A stretch of 64,000 bases of DNA from the NCBI RefSeq assembly GCF_009914755.1, contig NC_060934.1; one strand, 5' to 3'. The notes under the pieces were generated by a model. It was given only the letters and a program-made list of their open reading frames with translations, was not told the origin of the DNA and did no database searches. The stretch is from the human T2T-CHM13v2.0 reference genome, Homo sapiens. This document shows, in pieces, positions 1-15,229 of this stretch. A program made the position numbers and the translations under genes. Position 1 is the first letter of the stretch, and every line of letters starts with the position of its first letter.

Positions 1-228
1 ATTTATGTTCAATAAATATTTAAGAAAGGATGAAAGAGAAGGAAGAAGTACAAGGAAAGGAGTGGGGAAAATCAAGGAAGGGAGGTAAGGAAGGCAGGGG
101 AAGTCTTTCCTTTATAACTATGACACTTGAAACTCAAATATATTTTCCCTAGGAAACACTATTATGGTAGCCCCAAATGGGAATTAGATCACAACAAAAT
201 TTACTTTACCAATTTGTTTAGTGCATAC

Positions 229-361
229 CTGATGTGTAATTTGCATGAAGAAATGTAACACATGAAAGCAGCCCTTCCTTATAAAAAGGAAACTGTATGA
301 TGACATGCAAGGCGCAAGATCTGGATTCATCATTGATTGGAAATTTGAGATTGGTAAGATG
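229..361 (-). other. Candidate internal exon, 133 nt, probably non-coding
   Basis: Minus strand ctgtttacAG|CATC...CAG|GTATGC; two frames are open but match no protein I recognise. Confidence 0.2.
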
Positions 362-886
362 CTGTAAACAGCCTTGAGATAAATTATTAGGATAGTACAC
401 ACAAGACGTTTCATTTTCACTAGAAACCATATTTCCTATTTATTGTAACATTTAATCATGTATTTTGTTGTTACATTTGGAAATAAGTTTTGCCTAACAT
501 GATAGATTGATGAACCAAATCACGGAGCTATCCTCTAAGGCTTTGTCGGTTTATAAGACAGAATACACTTCTCGAATCTGAAGCATATAAAACATAAATA
601 AATATGTGCATTTTGAAACGCATTTTGTTTCCCTTATCATGAGTGATACTGGTTCCCTAATAGAGGATTCTATTTAAAATACACAGAATATGGAATTAAA
701 GGACCTTAATGTTGATAATTATAACCAGTATTTGAACACGATTTTCAGTAACTATGTCCTTTTGGGGTCTTGGGATATCTTTAGGCAACAATCTAGCATA
801 CAAAGTATATGATTTTTAAATTAATATTATTGTATTTCTCACAATAAAAGATAGTGCTTGAAATTCTTCTAGCCGGTTCCAAAAGT

Positions 887-1012
887 AATTCTGGACTAAG
901 ATTATATAGAAAAAAGAGAAAGTCCTTCTCCCATGTCACAGTTTATAGAATTCTGGGTGAAGATTATATAGAAGAAAGAGAAAAAGTCCTTCTCCCATGT
1001 CACAGGTTATAG
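887..1012. repeat. Tandem duplication, 2 x ~62 bp
   Basis: 887-948 and 949-1012 both read AATTCTGG...AGATTATATAGAA...AAAGTCCTTCTCCCATGTCACAG(T/G)TTATAG. Confidence 0.9.
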
Positions 1013-1094
1013 TACTTCAGTGTCAACTCCTGCCATCACTTTTACTTTCAAGAATTTAAGAGCCTAGCTAGCTGACTAAAGCAATCTTTACATT

Positions 1095-1500
1095 ATTTAG
1101 TGAAATTTGCTCACATGATTAAGGAGGCTGAGAAGTCCCACAATCAGCTGCCTGCAAGCTGAAAAGACAGGAAACCTGGCAATATCAATTCAGTCTGAAT
1201 CCAAGGGCCTGAAAAGCAGAGAAGCCAATGGTGTGAGTCTCAGTCCAAAGACAAGAAATGACTAATTCCAGCTCAAGCAGTCAGACAGGAAGCAAAAAGG
1301 GTGAGTTCCTCCTTCTTCCACTTCTTGTTCTATTCAGGCCCTCAACTGATGGATAATGTTATTGGTGTTACTGAGTGCACCAATTCAAATGCCATTGTCA
1401 TCCAGAAACACCCTCACAGGCATATCCTGAAATGATGTTTAGTCAAATGTCTGGGCAGTCCATGATCTAGTCACACTGACACATAAAATTAACCATCACA
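1095..1500 (-). mobile_element. MLT2-family (ERVL) LTR
   Basis: Ends ...TGACACATAAAATTAACCATCACA (reverse complement of the MLT2 start); contains GGAGGCTGAGAAGTCCCACAATC and TTGTTCTATTCAGGCCCTCAACTGAT. Confidence 0.85.
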
Positions 1501-2029
1501 GCTATGAAGCCTCCATATAAAGTAACTTTAGTGTCTTTCCCATGTCCATTACAAAAAACAGTAAAAAGTATAAAAATTATAGGTAAAATTTGCACACCTC
1601 TTTCAGGAATACTGAAAGGAACATACTTATAAAAGTGAATAGCAAGTATTATGGTGAATCACTCAGGAATTGAGGTGACTCACAGAGGAGACTCCTCGAT
1701 ACTCCTTTGTCCAGTTATGATGATAAATTGACTATAGCAGCAGCCATGGCCAGAGAAAGCTTTGGTGATGATAGTGGCTCATTCCACTAGGCAAGCCACA
1801 TAGACCAACAGAGCGGGCAGCTGAGGGTGACGAGAATTTAAAATAAGCAGGAGAGTAAGGGAGGAGATAAGTGTTGGCTTGTAAGCTGCAAGCAATAAGA
1901 ACTACAGTTTATCCAACTAACATTCCTCTTTTTAAGTTGCCCAGGAAGAGAGGCCAGACATAATCTTGGGGGAGCTGTTCTCAGATGGGGTGAATATCCC
2001 AAACAAGTAGAATCCAATGTGCAGGAGGT

Positions 2030-2433
2030 AAACTGCAGGAGGTGCTTTGGTGGCCTCCAGGAGACCAGCCATCTTTAGAACTGAGACACTCCTGTCACCT
2101 CTCAGCCTGACTCCTCCTTAGGAGCTGTCCTCAACTGAAGGATGCTTTCTCACACAGGTTCCTCACCTTCTCTGAAAGCAACCCCCATTTAGTGAGTGGT
2201 TAATCAATGTGGTGATCCAAAGTCCAGCCCCCTAACCTCAATTTGGGAAATATTTGAAGGCTTAGTTCAGCTCATGTGTCAGTGGGAGAACGGTTTGAGC
2301 CCTTGTTGAGACTCTGTGGAAATACAAGTTCTCCCTCTGCTTACCCTGTTTGCTTCACCTTCCAATAAGCCACCTGCACACACGTCTTTAACTTGGATTC
2401 CATTTCCTGGGGATGGGGAGTTTGACCTACACA
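2030..2433 (+). mobile_element. LTR16-like (ERVL) LTR, degenerate
   Basis: TGTTGAGACT...TTCTCCCTCTGC...AATAAGCCACCTGCACAC...TTCCTGGGGA resembles the LTR16 3' half. Confidence 0.6.
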
Positions 2434-2723
2434 GGGAAGTAGAACTGTTACTGACTGCCACGTGCACAATGATGAAGGAAGCATTCTGTATGTTCTCATC
2501 ACTGACAAAACTAGGGAAGTAATATTGGCAAGAGCAACATTCACTACAAATTTTGGTGCTTTATAGTAAGGTCCAACCTCCTCATTTTGCCTAAGAGAAA
2601 ACAGAAACCCAGAAGAGGAAAACACTTTTTAAGCTCACCAACTAAATCAGAGAAAAAAACTAGAACCAAAGAACCAGTTTATTTGACATTGGAAAAATTA
2701 TCTCTGTACTTTTTCCCTTGAGT

Positions 2724-2932
2724 AGCAGTTCTTAAATCCAACTCTGCATCAGAATCATAGACCAGACTTTTTGTTTAGTTTTGTTTTTATGGTTTTGTTT
2801 TAATAAAGATTCCCAGACCCACCCCAAACTTTCTAAATCAGAATCTTTCGTGGGAACTTCCATTAAAATCTATATTTTTAAAAGCTGCACAAACAATTCT
2901 GATGATCAGATCACTTTGGAAAATGTGACTTA
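2724..2932. mobile_element. MER5A hAT-Charlie MITE
   Basis: CAGTTCTTAAA...TGCATCAGAATCA...GATTCCCAGACCCACCCC...AATCAGAATCT...AATTCTGATG. Confidence 0.7.
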
Positions 2933-2953
2933 GGGAGTCTATACAAAGGAGTA

Positions 2954-3340
2954 GTACTAGTCTGCTCAGGCTGCCATAAAAGAGTATCATAAATGGGGTG
3001 GCTGAAACAACAGAAATTCAGTGCCTCACAGTTCTGAAGGCTGAAGTCCTAGATCAAGGTGTTAGCATGGTTGGTTGTCCTTGAGGGCTGTGAGGAAGGA
3101 TCGGTTCCATGCCTTTTCCCTGGCCTCTGGTGGTCTGCATGTATATCTGGGTCCAAATTTCCCCTTTTTATAAGGATAGTGATTATATTTTATTAGAGGC
3201 TCCCTCTAGTCCATGAAGTATACTTTCATCTTAACTAATTACATCTGCAACCACCCTGTTTCCAAATGAGATTACATTCTAAGGTATTGTAGGTTAGGAT
3301 TCAACATATGAATTTTGGGGACACAATTCAACCTATTTCA
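2954..3340 (-). mobile_element. MLT1C-like MaLR LTR
   Basis: GGCTGCCATAA...GTGGCTGAAACAACAGAAATT...CTCACAGTTCTG...TTTTGGGGACACAATTCAACC. Confidence 0.85.
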
Positions 3341-5616
3341 GGAGCCTATAATGTATAATTATTGTCCAATTTGATCTTTAAAAAAAAAAAGAAAGAAACG
3401 GGAAAAAACCTAAGTAGGTAAGCTGAGGAAGAGGGAACTGTGGAGAAAAGGATTTTCTTGACTGCACTTGGCCTCTGCTTTGAAGCTGTAGCATATCAGT
3501 ATTAGGATATGGGTAGGAAGGCTGTGCTCTGTCTTACATTTGCTGGTTTTAGTTCTGCCTTCTCACAACTTAGCAGGTGCACTTCACTCCTCTTCATTAT
3601 TGTGTCCCTCTCCATTGTTATGGTCAATGCCATCAAATAGGTCCTCATTGTTAAATTAGGCTCCCAAAGGCAAAGATCTTTTTACTTGGATCACTTATAT
3701 TATGCTAACAACTTTAACATTCTTTAATTTTGCAACGTAATTATTATTTTTATTATTATTTTGCTTTCCATTTGAGCTTTCCACAACTAACATAAGCTAG
3801 CATTTACTGATGGTCCAGTATTTAAAAGGTGCTGCACCAAATAGTACAAAAATATGATATAATATTTAATCTTTATCTAATTGCAATGATTTTACTAACT
3901 AAAGCAAAGGCTTAGGACCAATAAATAAGTGTTCAGTCACAGAATTGATATAAGTGATTATTAAGGTCACACACCAGTACTTTAAATAGCTCTTGGATTT
4001 TTTTTTTCTCTCCTAGTTTTCTAGACTGTTGTTTTGAATGTCACATCAGATAAGATAAATTTTCATTGCCTCCTGGATATGGTCTAATAAAAGGGTATGG
4101 TATCATTTTTGGAACATAATCAATACACTGACATTTTCCAAGAGTGATGTTTCATAGAGATTTAAGACCTAAATAAACAAACAAAACCTAACATGTGGTA
4201 GCACCTCTATAATTTAAGAATACTTTTTCTAAAGTCTCCCCGAAGAGTTAATTTTAATTAGTGGCATACTAGAAAGTTAAGGACTATTGAAAACCTTTCT
4301 AAGACTTGTGTGAAAGAAAGACTGTGGCTTATTTTCTCAGTCCTTGGAGACAAATAGCCAAATTTGTTTTAAAAAAGGTTAAACTAAAGGAGAATTTAAA
4401 AAACAAGTTTTGTTTGTTCTATTAATAGTAAGTTCCTTATGGAAATTTTGCATTCTTCAAACAGACAGAAGTCAGATTGACAAACATCACTGTAGACTTC
4501 CTAAAAAATACATTTTCAACATTTTATTTTAACATTGCAATAAATCTTTCCCATCCTGCTGATGAAAGGTAAAGCAATCTCTTTTGGGATTTGTCTGTTG
4601 GGTCTTCAACTTGAACAGTTCAGCTTGCCTATTGACTCTCAGTGCAGAGCTTGTTTTGTTACCTAATTCTTCAGAATTAGGGTGAGAGGTAAGAATTAGT
4701 GGTGAGAGGTAAGAAGTCAAGCCTAATTATGTTTTCCAACAGCCAGAGTCACCCACCTCCTGGGACCCCTTCTTAAATGGAACTTAGGGGTAGGAGGAAT
4801 AACAAGGTTCAGGAACCAATACAACCACCATTCAGTTTCTAATTTTATCACCATCCCATCCCTTCTCAACACATTCCTATTCTTCATCCGTAAAAATCCA
4901 GTGCATGGAATCCTATGATCAAAGGCAAAAAAAGATAATGAAACTAAGTAGTACATTTTGTTCTCATTCTTTACTTGGCAAGACAACTTGATGTATGCTT
5001 GTATCAGAGGATGCAAAGTAAACTTCCTTCACCTACTCAGGTTTTTGGGGGAGAGAGACGTTTTTGTCACTGCACAGTACAATTGTTGGGCTTCTGTTTC
5101 ACATTTACAAATTTCCCCAGGGTGTGAATCCCCAGGGGTGTCAGAGGAGCTGACACGCTTGTCTGCAGAATCAGTTGGCTTTTAAGTAATTTCACCTGGT
5201 GCCTTGAAAAATCCTTCCAGAAGTCGTCTGTATCCATTTAGTGAGTTCTGCTCATGGTTATTCGGTGTGGATGCAGATTATGCAGGAAACTGAAGTAGTA
5301 GGTGACGAACTGTATATTCCCATCACATGTAGATATGTGACATAAGCTAAGAAGTATTTAGGGAAAACTGACAAAATTGAAGGACTACATAAGCGTTTAA
5401 GCTCTAATCGAGCAGCCAATGATATTACGAGAATGGAAGCTGACAGAGCAACTTTTCTGGCAGGAAATTTCACAGCTTCCTTTAAATTTATTCCAGAAAT
5501 TATAGGACCCTTCTCCCTCAGCCAAGATTACACTAGGGACCCAAAGAAGCCTTGCTTCTTCACCAGTCTCATCTCCTGGGAGCTCTCAGATCACAGAATT
5601 ACAGGGTGACACTTAC

Positions 5617-5731
5617 TAGACCAAGGGTCTTCTGGCTGTTGGGCTGTGGACTTGGCATCTTCATCAATGGTAGCAAAGGCTTTCTGGGTCTGGCTTGTGG
5701 ATATCCCTGTGAGCTAGACAACTGAACATTT
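5617..5731 (-). other. Candidate internal exon, 115 nt
   Basis: Minus strand: branch-like TATTAAC, tract ctctcttctttattttttgtAG, donor CTA|GTAAGT; lies in non-repeat DNA. Confidence 0.35.
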
Positions 5732-6055
5732 CTACAAAAAATAAAGAAGAGAGTAGTATGTTAATATCTTTGAATGAAACTCTCACAAGCACTGCTGAAA
5801 TGGAAGTCAAAGTTATACTAAAGTCACTGTGTATAGAAACCATATCACCAGGAGAAGCAGGTTGGGAATTTGTGGGCAAAAAGTAAACAGACAGGAAAGC
5901 TCCTGCTTTCCAGAGCCTTCTCTGAATAAGTAGGTAGCTGTACTATTCCTTTGGCAAATAGGTGAATTAACTAAGTAAAAATCAATCAATCAAATGACTA
6001 ATACAATGAGGTAAATTACTGTTATTCTTTAAAAATGATATAAAAGAATATTCCA

Positions 6056-6154
6056 TGTAACTAAAACATATTTTTATTCTGCACTAAATTTATCTTTATA
6101 GATAAATGTAACTGTAACTTACATGTTTTTATTCTGCACTGAATTTATCTTTAT
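6056..6154. repeat. Short direct duplication, ~43 bp x 2
   Basis: TGTAACT..ACAT(A/G)TTTTTATTCTGCACT(A/G)AATTTATCTTTAT at 6056-6099 and 6113-6154. Confidence 0.85.
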
Positions 6155-6301
6155 TTCTTGTATTGACTTTTTCTTCAGTTTATTATATAGATCAAATATC
6201 CTCTCTGGGCCCAGCCACTTTTTAGTATCTTATTGATATCCCTTACTGACACACAGAAGTGATAAAGGTAGTTTGAAAATAAAAAGCCCACCTTGTGTCT
6301 C

Positions 6302-6608
<307 letters not shown>

Positions 6609-7074
6609 TAAGCAAGGTCTTCAATCCTGTTAGTCAATATTCTCTCCCCCAAGTTGGAAAAAGAAATACATAGAAAACTGGGTTTATGGCTCTGAATTTT
6701 GGTAGGATAGCAATGAGAGTGCATATTCTCTTTTGAATCCACACTGGTTACAATAACTTCTGAAAACATTCAGACATTAAACAGGGAAAAGGCAACCTGG
6801 TTTTTCACCCTTAGCACTTTAGATGCAGAATTCAGTATCTCTGAAGTCAAGTAACATTTTTCCATGATTCCCTGTGGTCTTAAATGTTTGAGACAGTCTT
6901 TTGATAACCAGAGGCAAAACCCAAGGAATCTAAGCAGGGCAGAGCTGCCCCACAATACTGACAGTAGCGGCACTGATTTTCCAGGAACACTTCCATACCA
7001 TATTACAGCTTTAATATTGGGAGGCCTCCTTGAGTGGTTATTTTATTTCACTTAAACATTCAAATATGCTGGTC

Positions 7075-8070
7075 ACTTCCATTCAATTTTATGTAGCTAT
7101 TGGCTAGACATTTACTAAATATCACAAATGGGATAGGAACTGTGATAGGTGTCTGAGAAGCTGAGATAAAAGGTTCAGTTCTGTTTTCAAAAACCTCAGA
7201 ATCTAGAGGAGAAAGGAAAATAACCTAACGATTAGAAAATGACAAGTGCTATAGTGAAGTTACTACAGGGTGCTTAACAGAGGCACACCTACCCCATACT
7301 GAGGAGGAGGATTGATGAAAGACTTAGCCATGACTAAGCCTTGGAGCATGCACAGGAAGTAGTCTTGAGAAGAAGGAATATAAGCATTCCAGTCACAGAG
7401 ATCAACAAGAAAAAGGTGGAGACACGTGTAGAGTTTTGTATATTGGGAATCTGCAAGTGTATTTATATAATTAAACGATATGGAATGGAGGCATGGATGG
7501 AGCAGCAAATAATCCTGGAGAAATGGGCAAGGATCAGATGATGGTCAGATAACTTCAAGGTCAAGAAACTCATAGTTTAGTGTAGGTGATGGGGAACTAA
7601 GAATATTTTTTATAAAGACAGTGAAATTATATTGACAGACGTGCATTTTAAGTGACTCAAGCTATGGCAGTGGGCGAAAGAATCTTGATGGACAAGACAG
7701 TTTTGAGGACAATGGGGAGTTGATGAGCTAAAGAAGTTACTGTGTAAGTTTAGCAGAGAGGACAATCATATGTGAGAAAGAATTGAGGGAACATTTCCTG
7801 GTATCTTTCACTAAGATACTTAAGGAAGAGAGGAGGTAAGACAGGTTTAAGATGGTGAATCTCTTGAGAAGATTGTAATTTCTGCATCAGACATGTTAAA
7901 CTGGAGATGCTACTTTAGTAGAGGTTTCCAGTAGATTAAAAAAATCCTATTCTCAGTGGAGATATCAGAGTAGGATTTTGATTAAATTAAGTGATTAGAA
8001 GAAGAAACTGAGAACAATGTCAGAGACATAAGAGGAAATCAGGGAGGTTTTGGGGTCCTTGGAAGATGTG
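7075..8070 (-). mobile_element. L2 3' region, degenerate
   Basis: CATTTACTAAATATC...GGAACTGTGATAGGTGTCTGAGA and purine-rich L2-like continuation. Confidence 0.6.
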
Positions 8071-8269
8071 GTCAGCTATAACTAATGCATAATTGAAGCA
8101 AGAGAATTAGTCAGATGAAAGAGGAGGGCTGGTCATACTCTTCAACTCTCATTTCATAAAACAAATTGCCAAAAAACAATAGGAAGTATATAATTAAAAG
8201 GAAAATGTGACCACAGATCACAAAGTTTTGAGAACTTTTTGGTGATATAAGTAATTGGAATAATATCAA

Positions 8270-9960
8270 TAAATGATTAAAAGTAATCACATCCCACGTA
8301 TATCACAATGTCCAATTGGAGATTTTCATGAGACTTTGATAAGCTAATTCAAAGATTAAATTGAAGACAAAAATTAAAGTAACCAAGAAATACTGGAAAA
8401 TAATAGTAGTATAGACAAACAGGACCTACCAGTTATCAAAATTACCAAGATAAATTATTAAGATATAAAATTAATGCAGTATTAATACAGACATAGACAA
8501 GTCGTTAGAACAAAAGAATGGAGAGTCTAAAAACAGACCTATGAAATATGCTCATTTTTATAACAAAGATAGTACTAAAATCATTAAGCAATTATAAACA
8601 ATTCAATAAAGGGCTTAGGACATTGTCTTTCCATTAGGAGAAAAATAATAGAACCCTGATTAGCAATACATGCACACACACACACACATATTCATGTATA
8701 TATATGCATATACTTATATATAATGAAAAGTAATGTCCTTATAGCAGAACAAACTATAAAGTAATATTTTATGACCTTCAGAAGCAAGTTACATAGTGTT
8801 AATATCATAAAAGCATTGACAGATTATATAAAATTTTTTAAAAACATGTTCAACACAATATACCATTAAAATTATTTAAAATCAACATAATGGCAGAGAA
8901 ATTTGAAATACATAAAGGATTAAATTCCTTTAAGCCAAAAATCTCCTAGAAACCAATATGATAGGCAAACCATGCTATAATATATTAACAAAGATTATAA
9001 AGGAGAAAGCAACAGTATCACATGGCCAGTGAATATATGGAAAAGTGATTGACTTCACTGATAATCAGTGAAATAAGATATTTTGCACAATGAGATAGTC
9101 AATACCAAAGAAATGTAGCCCAGATGTAAGATTCCAGATGTGAATTCTCATTTACTGTTACTGTTTTGTTTTTTTGGGTTTTTTTGTTTTTTTGGTTTTT
9201 TTTGAGACGGAGCCTCGCTCTGTCACCCAGGCTGGAGTGCAGTGGCAGGATCTCGGCTAACTGCAAGCTCCGCCTCCCGGGTTCATACCATTCTCCTGCC
9301 TCAGCCTCTGAATAGCTGGGACTACAGGCACCCACCACCATGCCCAGCTAATTTTTGTATTTTTTTTAGTAGAGACAGGGTTTCACCATGTTAGCCAGGA
9401 TGGTCTCGATCTCCTGATCTTGTGAGCCGCCCGCCTCAGCCTCCCAAAGTTCTGGGATTACAGGTGTGAGCCTCCGCACCCAGCCTCTCATTTACTGTTG
9501 ATGAGAAAAGATGAATGATTTTGGTAATGACTTGGAAATATTTATAAATTTTTAAGTGCATTTGCCTATGACTCATCACCCCGATTAAGAATAGTCATTG
9601 AAATATTGTTTAAAACCAAAAGTGTTAATACCATAAACGTTCATTATCAGCAAAGAGGCTACATATATACATCATGGGGCATCCACAGCATAGCCATTAA
9701 ATAGAATGAAGTAGGCCCACCCACACTGATGTGCCACCAGGGAAAGACCTATGGGATATATTAAGTGATTAAAGAGCAAGGAATGAAAAGCAGTTTAATC
9801 CACCTATATCACGTATATACACATATAAATGCATAGCAAAAGGAATAGGAAGATACACACTCAGCGACTGGCAGTTTTTAACTGGGAGATGGCAAGAAAA
9901 TGAAGGGAGAACAACCCTGAATTATGCAGCATTTATGTAATTTTTTACATATCACCATAT
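8270..9960 (+). mobile_element. Old L1M ORF2/3' end fragment, interrupted by AluY
   Basis: GACTTTGATAAGCTAATTCAAAGATT, GGACCTACCAGTTATCAAAA, AGAATGGAGAGTCTAAAAACAGACC. Confidence 0.7.
9160..9485 (-). mobile_element. AluY
   Basis: Diagnostic GCAAGCTCCGCCTCCCGGGTTCA and GTTAGCCAGGATGGTCTCGATC; 14-bp TSD TCTCATTTACTGTT at 9146-9159 and 9486-9499. Confidence 0.95.
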
Positions 9961-10464
9961 AAAAACATCAATTATATTTGGCAAACTGATCATTGGATTT
10001 TAGTTTCGTTCTCAGAAGCTCACTTGTGGTAGTTTGAAGAATGCAGAAGCAACTAATTGGAGAAAATGAATGGAGACACTCTCTCAAGAAGTTGATCTCT
10101 AAAGGCAATAGTGACCAACAAGGACAGCAATTAGTAGATAGCATTGCTTTTTTAAAGCAAATCATTATAAGTTTGATGTGTGTTTGTTTAGCTTGGGTTT
10201 TAAGCTGAAAATGTAAGTATTCAATAAATGTTTATTATTACATACTGTGACTTAAACAATGCAAAAATTTTTCTTATTAAAACAAATGAAAACCAAGCAT
10301 CGGAAAATAGAACTGCAGAAGTGAGATGAGGGGGTGGTGTCCTTTCTCATTCCACTGCATCCAGCTCCCCAGAACAACAGATTTCTACACAAAGTAACTT
10401 TAACGCCTGACTTTTAAATGTCTCATGTTTTTCTGACAGGCATTATCAACCTTTGCTTTTAATT

Positions 10465-10758
10465 TTTTTTTTAATGGAGTCTCTCTCTGTCACCCAGGCT
10501 GGAGTGCAGTGGCATGATTTTGGCTCACTGCAACATTGCAACCCCCGCCTCCCAGGTTCAAGTGATTCTCCTGCCTCAGCCTCCTGAGTAGCTGGAATTA
10601 CAGGTGAATGCCACCACACCCGGCTAATTTTTGTATTTTTAGTAGAGACGGGGTGTCACCATGTTGTTCAGGCTGGTCTCGAACTCCTGACCTCATGATC
10701 CGCCCACCTCGGACTCCCAAAGTGCTGGGATTACAGGTGTGAGCCACCGCACCCGGCC
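10465..10758 (-). mobile_element. AluS (Sg-like)
   Basis: Full dimer with CCTGACCTCATGATCCG; TSD GCTTTTAATT at 10455 and 10759. Confidence 0.95.
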
Positions 10759-12179
10759 GCTTTTAATTCTTACAGTAGTTAAAATGTCTGTATCTCAACT
10801 TCCTTTTCTCTGAGATTAAACATTTTAACAGCAATGATTTCCCCATGAAGAGTGGGAAGGATGGCCTAGTATAAAAGATGTTACTCTATTGAATGAACAG
10901 TTCCTGGAATCCCCTGAGATAAACATGTTGAGAAGTATATTATGTTTATGAAATTCTCTCTAGATCCCTGATTACGCTCTTCCCTGCCCACAGGTGTTTC
11001 TTGATATTTGATGTGAGCATTCAGAAGAAAAAGTAATTAAATAATTAGACTACATAAAATTAAACTTATTTGGAAGAAGAGTAATCTAGTTTGGGCTGAA
11101 TTTTTTGTTTTCTTTTTTTGTTTTAATCCGGTTACTGGGAGACAAAACTGTTGTGGAATATAAACCAAAAGATAAGCCCATATTTTCAAATGAACAAAAT
11201 TAGAATTCAAATACCAACTGTAGAGAGATATGAATGAGCCAAAGATTTGTATTTTGAGTTGAGGACTTAATATCATTAGTTTGTGAATATGTTTTCCGAT
11301 CTATTATGCATTGTTTATGACTTCAATACTTGTTAGGGGCATATGTTATTCAAAGGCACTAACTGATAACAACGTAATAGACTGAAGGTAACTAGGTACA
11401 TTTTCTCTTTCTATCCATTGAGATTTCTTTTTGCCACATGAAGTAGCAGAGATATTAACCACAGATATATAGGTAATGGACTATGCAGAATAGTATGGCC
11501 ATATTTTCCCTGTTATTCTCTATGGCATATTTTACTAATCTACATTTGTTCAGCTTTTACTGTTTGCAGGGCTGGGAAAGTCAAAGCTCCACACTTAGAA
11601 GTGAAAACAGTAATGCTGATTTTTTTCTCCCCTTGGGAATAACCCTCTGGCCTCCAGGCAGTTCTTTTAAAAATAGCTTCTGTCTGCCTTGTGTCATTAT
11701 TATCACATATACAATCCCCACCCTGACTGTCCAGAACTGAAATCCGTCTTCTGTATTCAAGAGCAGTTCATCTGTGCACGAGTTGCTTTTATGTAAGTCA
11801 CTGTGGCATATGTCAGCTTGAGTTGTTGGTGTTTCCATAAAGTATTTGCTTTGCATCCCTATTACATAGGATGAAAAAGCGGGTAATAAAAAGTATCACT
11901 GTGCTGCACTATCTTACCTCTACGTAGAACCTATCATCCTAGGTGCTTTTGCCAGCCAAAATAAAAACCAGAAGGAAGGGAATTTTATTCACCTGTGACA
12001 TATGAATCTCTCATGCAGTCTTTCTATCTATTGTGTTTAAGATGATCCATTGTTTGGTCAAGGAAAATAAAGAGTAGCATCTGAAAACATGGGCTTTCTA
12101 CTAAAAAGGAAGAAATGGTTACATAAAAGTGGACATGTGTAAAAGAAGCCAATACACTTTCTGGAATAGCACAATAAGG

Positions 12180-12503
12180 CATACACACACATATTCACAC
12201 ACATATAAAATATATATAACATAGATACATATATACACATTCATATTCACACACATATAAAATATATATAACATATATACACATATACACACATATTTAC
12301 ACACATATAAAATATGACATATAGACATACATATACACACATATTCACACACATATAAAAATATGTGTAACATGTATACATATATACCTATATTCACACA
12401 CATATTCACACACATATAAAAATATATATAACATATCTACACATATATTCACACACATAAAAATATATATAACATATATACACATATATACACACACATG
12501 CAT
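12180..12503. repeat. CA/TA-rich minisatellite, ~45-60 bp degenerate unit
   Basis: Recurring CATATTCACACACATATAAAATATATATAACATA. Confidence 0.9.
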
Positions 12504-13010
12504 AATTTCTTAATATGTTATTGTTTCTGTGAGCCTATAGATTTTTTTTTCCCCCAAAGCAATACTGACTCTAGAACAGAAACAGAAAATGAAGTTCACT
12601 TCTTTTCTAACAAATTTATATAAGGAAGATGAAAAGCATTTTAAATTATATATAAAGATATAGTCAATTGTTTAAACTATTATAAATTTGACTTCTTGGG
12701 TCACAGTGGTTTTTAGCCAATAAAATTAAATCAGAAACTTAATAAAAAAGACTAAAGAACTTAATTTTTTCTTTAAGTGTTGGATCTAAACAAACTATAA
12801 AAAGGTCCTTAATGATTCTTGAAGCAGCAAGGTTTACATTATCTGTGTTCCCTGTAACTCACAAAATGATTGTGGTTACAGGGGCTGTGATTTTTTTCTA
12901 AGCCAGTAGCTTCCCTATTGCCAGCAGGACACACACCATGCCATTGAAGAAAGTAAATGATGTCAACAAAAGTCTTGAGTTGCGCTTTAGATTCATGGAG
13001 TACTGGGTAC

Positions 13011-13157
13011 CTTGACGGCATCATTATTTCACTAAAAACTCTCTTTCTTAGATTGAGGATCATTCATGGCCATGATGAGAACTTCTACCATTGTCATTCG
13101 TCGATTTATTCCCTCGTGATGTTATTTTTCATCGAGTGTCTGCAAGCCATGTCCTAG
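13011..13157 (-). other. Candidate non-coding exon in CpG-retaining unique DNA
   Basis: Minus strand tccttttccttcactttgacttAG|ctAG| ... AAG|GTACCC; stops in all frames; weak donor. Confidence 0.2.
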
Positions 13158-13589
13158 CTAAGTCAAAGTGAAGGAAAAGGACATTGCAAAAGTAAAGAAT
13201 AATAATAGCAGCGTACAGCAGACAAAAGAAAGCCAGGCCATGATGCCCAACTTATGTGGAGGGAAGAGCAAATCTTTTCATCACACTGTATTGCCTCTCA
13301 GACAACTTCTTCAATATCTTAGGATGTTTTTCAAGCAAGAGGACCAGAATTCTAGATTTCTTTTACCGTTTCAGTCTATCTTGGACTTTAATGTTCCATT
13401 TTTGTGTTCATTTTATTCATTCTGGTTTCATCGTTCTATTTTGAGCTGGTCTCCCCCTTCTTTTTATTATTAATATACAAATTTTTTTGGACCCTACTTT
13501 GTGTCAATGGTAGAGACACAATGCAGAAAGACAGTCCCTACATACAAGTTATTTCTAGTTTAATAGAGGAGGCAGGTATGAATCACATA

Positions 13590-14376
<787 letters not shown>

Positions 14377-14460
14377 TACTTATAAAAATTTATAATTACA
14401 AACTACTATAAGTCGTATGAGGAAAAGTCACAAAGCAACAAGATTAAATATCAGAAGTAA

Positions 14461-14844
<384 letters not shown>

Positions 14845-15229
14845 TGAGGAGGAGAAAACATTATGGGTAAAGAGAACATTTTTGCTAAGGCTCAAACTTT
14901 AGGGGCAGTATGTTGCATTCAGGAAATAAAGAAAGCCAGTGAAGCTGGAGACCAGATAGGAAAGATCAGGGAAAAAGTTGATGCTTAAAAGTTAGGCAGG
15001 AGTTAGAGCAAATAGGGCATTGAGTCCATGAATGAATTTGGTCTTTTTTCTAGGAGGGATGAAAAGGTTATTAAGCATGAATGGATTTGTTATTTCCTAA
15101 CTTTACCCTTTGCCTGTTTGAGTAACGAATCTATTACTTCCTCAAATTCATTCATGCTCTGCACCTGAATTAATAAAACCATTTCTCCTTTCTTTTGGGT
15201 TGTAAGTGAGTGTCACATAAATCTGTTTT

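Noticed and set aside
5208-5609. Plus-strand frame of ~133 codons with a single stop
   Set aside because: No recognisable homology; rough stop-frequency arithmetic predicts several such frames by chance in 64 kb over six frames.
12180-12503. Repeat arrays (also 43214-43312) as CRISPR-like or coding
   Set aside because: Low-complexity eukaryotic minisatellites with no unique spacers.
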